From: an uncultured Candidatus Saccharibacteria bacterium
GTDB taxonomy: Bacteria; Patescibacteriota; Saccharimonadia; Saccharimonadales; SZUA-47
Length of the DNA stretch: 43,803 bases
Direction of reading: 5' to 3'
Assembly (NCBI GenBank): GCA_964536485.1
Contig: CAZHXX010000009.1
Location: forward strand, 1 to 43,803
The stretch's first letter is position 1, and the number at the start of each line of letters is the position of its first letter. A program made the translations under genes and the position numbers. Shown here piece after piece: positions 23,106 to 32,100 of this stretch. The notes beneath the pieces are model-generated. The model saw nothing but the letters and a program-made list of their open reading frames with translations, was not told the DNA's origin and did no database searches.

Positions 23106-26100
23106 ATGAAAAATAAATTTACAAAAAAACACAAACACGTACTTATTATTAATGGTACGCAAGGGATGGCTATGCTATCCCTTGCTGTCATTTCTGGGAT
23201 TTGTAAGTATTTAAAGAGCTCAGCACCATGCGCCCGGTTGCTGAGCTCTTTTGATACTTACAAGAATTTTACGAACCAGTCTAGTGCCGACTCAGCCTCA
23301 TGCGCCCGAGCGCTGAGTCGGCTTTGGACTGGTTTTTCAGCACGTATAAGACATCGTGCAAGCTCAATCTCATGCGCCCGAGCATTGAGCTTGCTTGGTG
23401 TCTTATTAATGAGCGCATCATTATTTATCGGTACGGTCCAGCTTGGTAACGAGCAAGTCTCCGCCGCCACCTCCAACACCCTCAACTTCCAAGGACGTCT
23501 CCTTACCTCAACAGGTGGCTTAGTACCAGACGGTACCTATAACGTTCAGTTCAATCTCTACTACGTCAGTTCTGGTGGTTCTAGTCTCTGGACAGAAACA
23601 AGAACCAACCAAGGTGGTACTCCAGTTACTATCCAAAATGGTTACTACTCTGTCTATCTTGGTGAAGTGACTACCTTCCCAACAAACATTGACTGGTCAG
23701 AAGATCTCTACCTAGGTATGACAGTACGTGGCACTGGTTCATGTGCCTTTGGTTCTTGTACGCCAGCAGATTCAGAAATGACTCCTCGCTTTAAACTCAC
23801 TGCAGTGCCATATGCTCTCCGTGCATCAAACGTTGCATCAAGTAGCACTAATGCGGCTTCAACTAACTCAGATGGTATTAGTATCACCACAGGAAATGCT
23901 CTTGGAGCTACCAGCAACTCAGGCAGTATCACTATCGATGTGGGGAGTGCTACAGGAACAGCAGGAGGGATAAGTTTGGGTGCTGGCACAAATGCGCCAA
24001 GCTCGATTCTCATAGGGCAGTCAGGCGTAACCACTACGGTCCAGGGGTCTTTGGCTGTCACCGGTGCGGGAACGGCCTTATCGGTGACAAATGATGCGAC
24101 AATAGGCGGAACCCTAGGCGTTACGGGGCTTATTACCGCAAGTGGCGGTCTAACGGTAACAAATGGAGATACACTAACAAACGCCGGTGCGACGCTTAAC
24201 ACAGCAGTTGCAATAAGTAATGTTGCTGGTGGTGGTGCTATTGGCACGGCGGCCGCTACAGTAAACAGCGCAACAACATTTAACGTTAATCAAACAACCG
24301 CTTCTCAAACACTAACGCTTCCAGCGCCTACCACTACTACTGCAGGCCGAATTGTCTACGTCAACAACGTAGGTAGCGCAAGCTTTACTATGTATGGAAG
24401 TGTGATCGCATCTGGCGCAAGCAACGCGTTTATCTGGAACGGATCTTCTTGGGTTACAACAGTTTCTCTAAGCGGAAGTGTCGTGAATGTTGTCGGTACA
24501 CTAGATAGCCAGACAAAGAGTGCCGATGGTGCAGTTATCGCAAGCAATGCAATCTACCTCCAGTCAGCAGATGCAACATACCCAGGACTTGTTAGTACCG
24601 GCTCTCAGACCTTCGCAGGTGCAAAGACATTCGGTAGCACTTTGGCTGTATCCGGAACCTTAACAGCAAATACAAATCTCACAGTTGGGACCGGTGCAGG
24701 GGTTGGGCTCTTTACAAATAATGGTGCGACAGTAAACACAACTCTAGCCCTTGGCAACTTTACCGGCGGTACATCTAGTATTGGTACTGCAGCAACAACG
24801 GTTGACATATACACGAGCATTAGCATAAATCAGAATAGTAATAACCAAACTCTTACAATACCTACTCCTACAGCAAGTTCAACTTATGGAAGAATCCTTT
24901 ATCTATCTAATGTCGGAAGCGCAAGCTTCACTCTTGGTACAACACTTGTTAACCCTGGTACGACAGCGACCCTTATATGGAGCAATACGAGCAGTGGTGA
25001 CAGCTGGCAGTTTGCTGGTGCCGATGCAAATGGTATCATCAACCAAAATGCTTCTGCGCAGACAGCGAACTTCTATATTAGTGGTAGTGGACGTGCAAGC
25101 ACTAGTTTCCTAGCCCCAAGTTTTGACACGGCAACAGCAGCGACACTTAACATTGGGCAGACAAACGCTACAGCTATAGCACTTAACAAAGACACGAGTG
25201 TGACAGGTAATTTAAGTGTTACAAGTACTGGTGCAAATACCTACTCTCTAGCAAATACGGGAACACTTACAGTTAGCTCAAACTTAACTGCAGGTGCGCG
25301 AGCAGCTTACCTTATGACCTTATCTCAAGCCAACGATGCAACAAATAATAACAGTTCAGGACTACTGCAACTAAACAACTCAGATACTGCCTCCACCGCA
25401 GCCGTACTTAACATCACGCAGGCTGCAACCGCGGGAACAGGTATCAGCTTTACGTCTTTGACGGGTGGCAACAGCATCACTTTGGCAACCACAACAGGTA
25501 CTGGACTTAACGCTAATACTGTTACTACAGGTTCGGCGCTTAGCGCAACAGCTTTAACATCTGGAGCTGCGGTTATTGCGGCAATTCCAAACGGCGCCAC
25601 GACGGCATCTGCGTTACGCGTAACGACTGCCGCCACTGCGATTAGTGCTGACTACACAGGAAATATTATAGATATATCACCAACTCGCACCATGACTGCC
25701 GCCGCAACACGAAACGAGTCGGGTCGCTATGTTAACATCGCTCGAAGTTCTGTCACTAATGGTGCGTCATCTATCTACAACATTACTGGTGACCTTGTTA
25801 ATTTCCAGTCAACTTGTACCCAGACACAAGGTACTTGTACGGATAGCTCCAGTATTCTTAATCTCAGTCAGAATTATGCGACCGCTTCAGGTGCAGTATT
25901 AAAGGTCAATGGAGCAGGGACTGGCAACCTAGCAACGCTTGATGCAACAAATTCATCCGCAAACGGTCTCTCGATAGACGTCCAATCATCCAGCTCTAGC
26001 CAATTTGCATTTAAAGTGACAACAGGCAACAATACGACGACAGCATTTCAAGTTACAGGGGATGCAAACGCTACTTTCGGTGGTAACCTGAGCTTTGCAG

Positions 26101-29100
26101 AAGGTGCTTCGCGTGCAGTAAGCGTTGCAACACGTAGCACTAACAGTGCCGGGAACGATTTGTCTATAACTGCCGGTGCTGCTGGTAGTGGAGCATCAGC
26201 ATTCAGTGGAGGTAATCTCTTGTTGCAAGGTGGTGTCGCTGCTGGTACGGGGAATGCAAACGGTGGTAACGTTACACTTAGAGGTGGTAACGGTACAGGA
26301 ACGGGTGTACCGGGCATTGTTGAAATTGACACCCCTGTTTATACTGCAGCCTCTACGCAAACTTTTGCTGTAAACGGTACGATCTCTCAATCGGTAGTTG
26401 ATGGCAATAGTACAATCCCTGTTAATGCAACCGCAGGGAGCCTTACTATCGCCCTTCCGTCTCCTGGCAACACCACGGTTGGTCGCATTATTTATGTAAC
26501 TGCAGTAAGTGGTTCAAATAACTTTACTATCTCTCCGTCTGGCGGAATATCCTTCATTATGGCCGCTAACTCTACTGCTACATTTGTGTGGAATGGTAGC
26601 GCTTGGACAAACGCAGGAGTTGACGGAGGAAGTGCAAGCTACATTCAGAACCAAAGTAGCTCCGATCAATCTGCCGACTTCCGTATTTCCGGAACAGGCC
26701 GTGCTAATACGAGTCTTACAACTCCACTCCTTGACAGTATCAGTGGTACCCTATCAGTGGGTACCTCGACAGCATCAGCTATTACGCTTGGTAAGTCTGG
26801 CATCACCACCACTAACGCAGGTGCATTCACTGTTAGCCAACTTCTGACCGCCAACCTTGGCGCCACCATCTCAGGAGCTACCACTAGCATCAACGCATCA
26901 AGTAACTTTACTACTAACATCAACACCGGTACTTCGACTGGTGCAGTAAACATTGGTAACTCACTTGCTGGTGCTATCGCTCTTCAGAGTGCATCAACTA
27001 TAACTACAACAACCGCAGACAACCTTGCTAATGCCTTTGACCTTCAAGAAGGCACCAACAACTACATCAACGTAAATACTACCAATAGCTCAGAGAACAT
27101 CAGCTTCGGTAATGCTACCACTAACCCAACATATAGCTTCTTAGGTAGTGGTACAGCGACCTTTACTGGGTTGGGTCAGTTTAACGGAAAGCTAGCAGTA
27201 AACACACTAACTACTGCAGATCCTCTTGCACAGGCAACCATCTCAACAGGGGCAACAACAAATAAGGGTCTAGTTATCCAAGCGGTTGCGAGTCAATCAG
27301 CAAATATTCTTGAAGTCCAGAGCAGTGTAGGTGGCAACTATGTTACCGTCTCGAGCCTTGGTACACTTGGGGCTACAAACCTCAACATCTTTAGCGGGAC
27401 TGGCAGCGGTGGTCTCTCTAAGAATTACAGTGTTGGTACTGGTGGCGTAACTCAGTATGACGTAGTTGTCATGGCAAATGATGGAGGCGCGTCAAAGGCA
27501 ATAACAACTACTACCGCTAGGGATACCCGAGTCTTTGGTGTCGCTTCTAGCACGACCGCCTCTGGCTCAACGGCCGCAATTTACATCAGCGGTAACTACC
27601 TGGTAACAGCCACGAGCGCGGCTGTAGCAATTGGTGATCAGCTTGTCACCTCTACGGTCGCTGGTCAGGTTATGACTGACAATGATGCAACAACAGGCAT
27701 TATTGGTATTGCTACAACCGCAAAAGGCGCAGGTGCAAGCGGACAAGTGGGAGTAAATATCCGCCCTGTAAACGGAGTGACTAATCCTAACTTCCAGGCC
27801 GGGAACTTAACTACAACAGGAACTATTACGAGCGGTCTTATTAACGGGCAAACTATTAGTTCAAGCGCTAACTTTACTGGTACGCTTACCACAGCTGGTC
27901 TTCTGACCGCCAACCTTGGCGCCACCATCTCAGGAGCTACCACTAGCATCAACGCATCAAGTAACTTTACTACTAACATCAACACCGGTACTTCGACTGG
28001 TGCAGTAAACATTGGTAACTCACTTGCTGGTGCTATCGCTCTTCAGAGTGCATCAACTATAACTACAACAACCGCAGACAACCTTGCTAATGCCTTTGAC
28101 CTTCAAGAAGGCACCAACAACTACATCAACGTAAATACTACCAATAGCTCAGAGAACATCAGCTTCGGTAATGCTACCACTAACCCAAGCTTTAACTTCC
28201 TTGGTTCTGGTACGCTTGCAGTTGCAGGCAACCAAACAGTTGGTGGCACACTTGACGTCACTGGTGTTGTTACTCTCACTGCTGACCTTACCGTCAACGG
28301 TAACACTGCTATTGGCAATGCTATCACTGACAACCTTACAGTCACTGCTGCTATCCAAGGTGCCTCAGCACTTGTCTTTGATGGTGCAACTAATGACACA
28401 AACGAAACAACCTTCGACATTACGGACCCAACAGCAGATCGAACCATTACTTTCCAGAACAACTCAGGCGTTGTTCCATTGAGCACTGCAGGCAACACTC
28501 TCTTCTTCACGACAACAGGTGCAACAGCACTCACTCTTCCAACCAGTGGTACCCTTACCGTTAATCCTGCATCTGGTGGTTACCTCATGCAAGTTCCTAC
28601 GACAACGGCAGACAACACTATTACTCCTACTGCTAACAGTGTTGTAGGGCTCACTGTCAACGGCACAAGTGGTACCGCTGCAACCGCAGTCAGTATTGTG
28701 CAGGGTGGGGCAGCGACAGCGTTGAATATCAACAGCACTAGCTCGGGGAGCATCCTTAACCTCCAGGATGGCGGCGTCTCAGTTCTTACCGTTGCTGACG
28801 GCGGTAATACTACAATTACTGCAAATGGTGGTACGAATGTCGCGCTCACGGTAAATAACGACGGTTCAACCGGCAACATCCTTAACCTCCAGGATGGCGG
28901 CGTCTCAGTTCTTACCGTTGCTGACGGCGGCAACGTAACTGTAGACACTACTACCTTATTTGTCGATGCCTCCTCAAACGAAGTCGGTATTGGAACGATC
29001 AACCCAGGAACTACCCTAGAAGTAGTCGGAAGCTTTTCAACAAGTGGCGCGGTGAGTGGAGCCGGCTCTGCAAACTATTTTGGTCAGACACTGAGCTCTA

Positions 29101-32100
29101 ACAATACATCCCAGACTGGCTTGAATAACCAGGTTGTATATAATCCTGGAGCCACTACTACTGGCGTCTTTGGTTTCAATAACATTGTCAGCCTCGACAG
29201 CAGTGCGATAAATGTCAATGCAACAGCAGGATACCTACGAGTAAGCACCGCAGCTGGCTATACTGGTACCGTTGGAACTGCAAAAGGTATCGAGATAGCT
29301 GCGCCAACTATCGCTGGAACGAACAAGTTTACGAACTACTATGGTATTCAGATTGCTAACCCAAGCGCTAACAGCGGTAACACATCAGGAACTCTTACAA
29401 ATATTGGCTTGCGAGTTGAATCTATTACGGCTGCAGGTGGGTCTGGGGGAACTGTTTCTAACAGAGGGATTTATCTTGCAGTTCCAGACGGCTCAGGCGC
29501 AGGAACAACTTCTAACCGTGGTTTGTATATTACCAGCGGTTCAGCAGGTGGCTCTAACTATGCTCTCTACAGCGATTCCGCAGCTCAAAGCTATATGGCC
29601 GGTAACTTTGGTCTAGGTGATACTTCACCAGCATCACTTCTCACTGTGGGAAGTGGCGAACTCTTCCAGGTTGCTTCTACTGGTGCTACGACAATAACTC
29701 CTACTGCAAACAGCACCGTAGCGCTTACAGTAAATGGTACATCAGGCACAGCAGCAACGGCACTTAGTGTTGTTCAGGCTGGCGCAGCTACCGCAGCTAC
29801 AATTAGCCAGAGTGCTGTAGCAGATGGCCTTGTTATTACTTCAACAAATGCAAGCCAAGTATCATCAACTGCTCTTAAAGTGACACAATCAGGAACAAGT
29901 ACAGGGTTTACTGGTAACTTCATAGACTTTACAGGGTCTTCTACGACTGGAGCAGGAAACCTTCTAAATCTTACGAGCGTAAACACCAGCGCAGGAAATG
30001 CCTTGAATGTTACTTCAAATTCACTTACAACAGGCAACGCAGTCAATATAAACAGCACCGGCACAGGTCTTACCACGGGGTCACTACTGCGAGTAAGCAC
30101 GGCAACTACTGGTGCGGTGGCAACAAATGGTGCAATTCAATTTAGCGCAACAGGTAACTACACAAGCACTTCAAATGTTGGCCTTCTCAGCGTGCAAGCA
30201 AACAGTACTACCGCTGGAACTATCCAAAATATTAACGGGAACGCACTTACTACAGGTGTAGGTCTCTACCTAGGTTCAACTAGCACGGGCATAACCTCTG
30301 GTTCACTTTTCTATGGCACGACGGCAACCACTGGTGCGGTGGCAACAAATGGTATCTTCTCTCTTAACGCAACAGGTAACTACACAAGTACTTCTAACGT
30401 CGGCCTGCTTAACGTAGCTGCTAACAGTACTGTCGCAGGTACCATCCAGAACATTACTGGTAACGCTCTCACTACGGGTAACGCTCTACGAGTTACCTCA
30501 ACTGGCACTGGTCTCACTTCTGGCTCGCTAATATTTGCAAGTTCCGCTACTACAGGCGCTGTCGCAACAAATGGCGCTATTAGCTTCCAGGCAAGTGGTA
30601 ACTATACAAGTACCTCAAATGTCGGTTTTGTAAGCATCCAAGCTAATTCAACCACGGCTGGTACAGTTCAAAACATTCAGGCTAACGCTCTCACTACAGG
30701 CCAGGCACTCTATGTGTCATCAACTGGCACTGGTCTCACTTCTGGCTCACTCGCATACTTTACCACCGCTACTACAGGCGCTGTCGCAACAAACGGTATC
30801 GTTTCGTTGAATGCAACAGGTAACTACACAAGCACTTCAAATGCGGGTCTTCTCAATGTCGCAGCAAACAGTACCACAGCAGGAACGGTGGCAAACATAT
30901 CTGGCACAGCACTTACTACCGGCACTGCCTTAAATATCACTGCAACCAGCCTCACAACAGGTGCAGCGCTTACATTAAACGCAGGTACGGCAACGGCACT
31001 TTCTTCGGGTGGAAACATTATCTTCCAAGAACTTACTGGTACTCGCACACTGGGCGTTCAGACCCGTACAGCGGCAGCTACAGCTGGAACAAACCTTACT
31101 GTACAGGCTGGCAGTGCATCTGCTACGGGTGTAGGATCAGCTGGTGGCGTACTTACTCTTCAGGGCGGTAGCGCGAATGGTGCAAGTGCAAGTGCAAATG
31201 GTGGAAACGTAGTAATTGCCGGTGGAACGGGGTATAGCACAGGTGTTAAAGGACTCATAGTAATGGATACAACCACATATAGTGCAGCTGCCGTGCAGAA
31301 CTTTACAGCTAATGCCTCCATCACTCAGGCAAATGTGGATACCTACGGCTCAATCTTAATTAGTGGGAATGCTGCAGGATGGGTAGCCACCTTACCAGAT
31401 CCAACGATCACAACTACCGGTCGTGTTATCTATATTACAAACTCAGGAAGTCTTGATATTACTCTCGCTGCGAATACAGTAGGTACGGCATTATCTATCA
31501 CACTAAAGCCTGCCTCAACAGCAACAATGTACTGGAACGGTTCAGATTGGACCGCAGCTGGTGCGTCAAGCTCTACGGACTTACAGGCAGCTTATAACAA
31601 CACCGCAACATCTGCAGGTGGTGCCGAAATAGTGCTATCTTCAACAGGTACCGGTGGCTTGACTATCCGTAACGATGGTACGACAGCAATCACCGGTGGA
31701 TTACTCGAAGTACAGACTTCTATAGGTTCTAACCTATTTACCGTCAATAACAACGCAGCCGAGTATGCAAACAATGGTGGTGCAGAAAGCTCCTCCTTCA
31801 CTATGTGGGCTGCGGCACCTGCCGGAGGTACCGTTAGTCGCTACACAACAGCTGGCGATAACATTGCTACTGGTGCAGGCTCCACATTTGTAGACACTAC
31901 ATCAACTGCAAACACCGGGGCAAAAAATACACTTTCAACTACTTTGACAGCAAATCTTAAGTATAAAGTTTCATATACAGTACGCCATACCTCAAGTACT
32001 GTAGCATTTACAACACTTGACACCATTTACTCTTCTGATGGAACTTCTACAACCGCAACCTGTGCAAGTGGAAGCACTGCTACGTACAGCACTTGGACGC

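Noticed and set aside
23214-23394. A mini CRISPR array, because 37-nt palindromic units recur with a 72-nt period
   Set aside because: Only the 8-15-nt core and CTCA/TGAG are conserved. The arms differ between copies in a compensatory way, whereas CRISPR repeats are near-identical. The units are in frame inside a long ORF and no cas genes are present.
26841-28188. A diversity-generating retroelement template/variable repeat pair
   Set aside because: The two 289-bp copies are identical and do not differ at adenines. No reverse transcriptase gene is present in the window.
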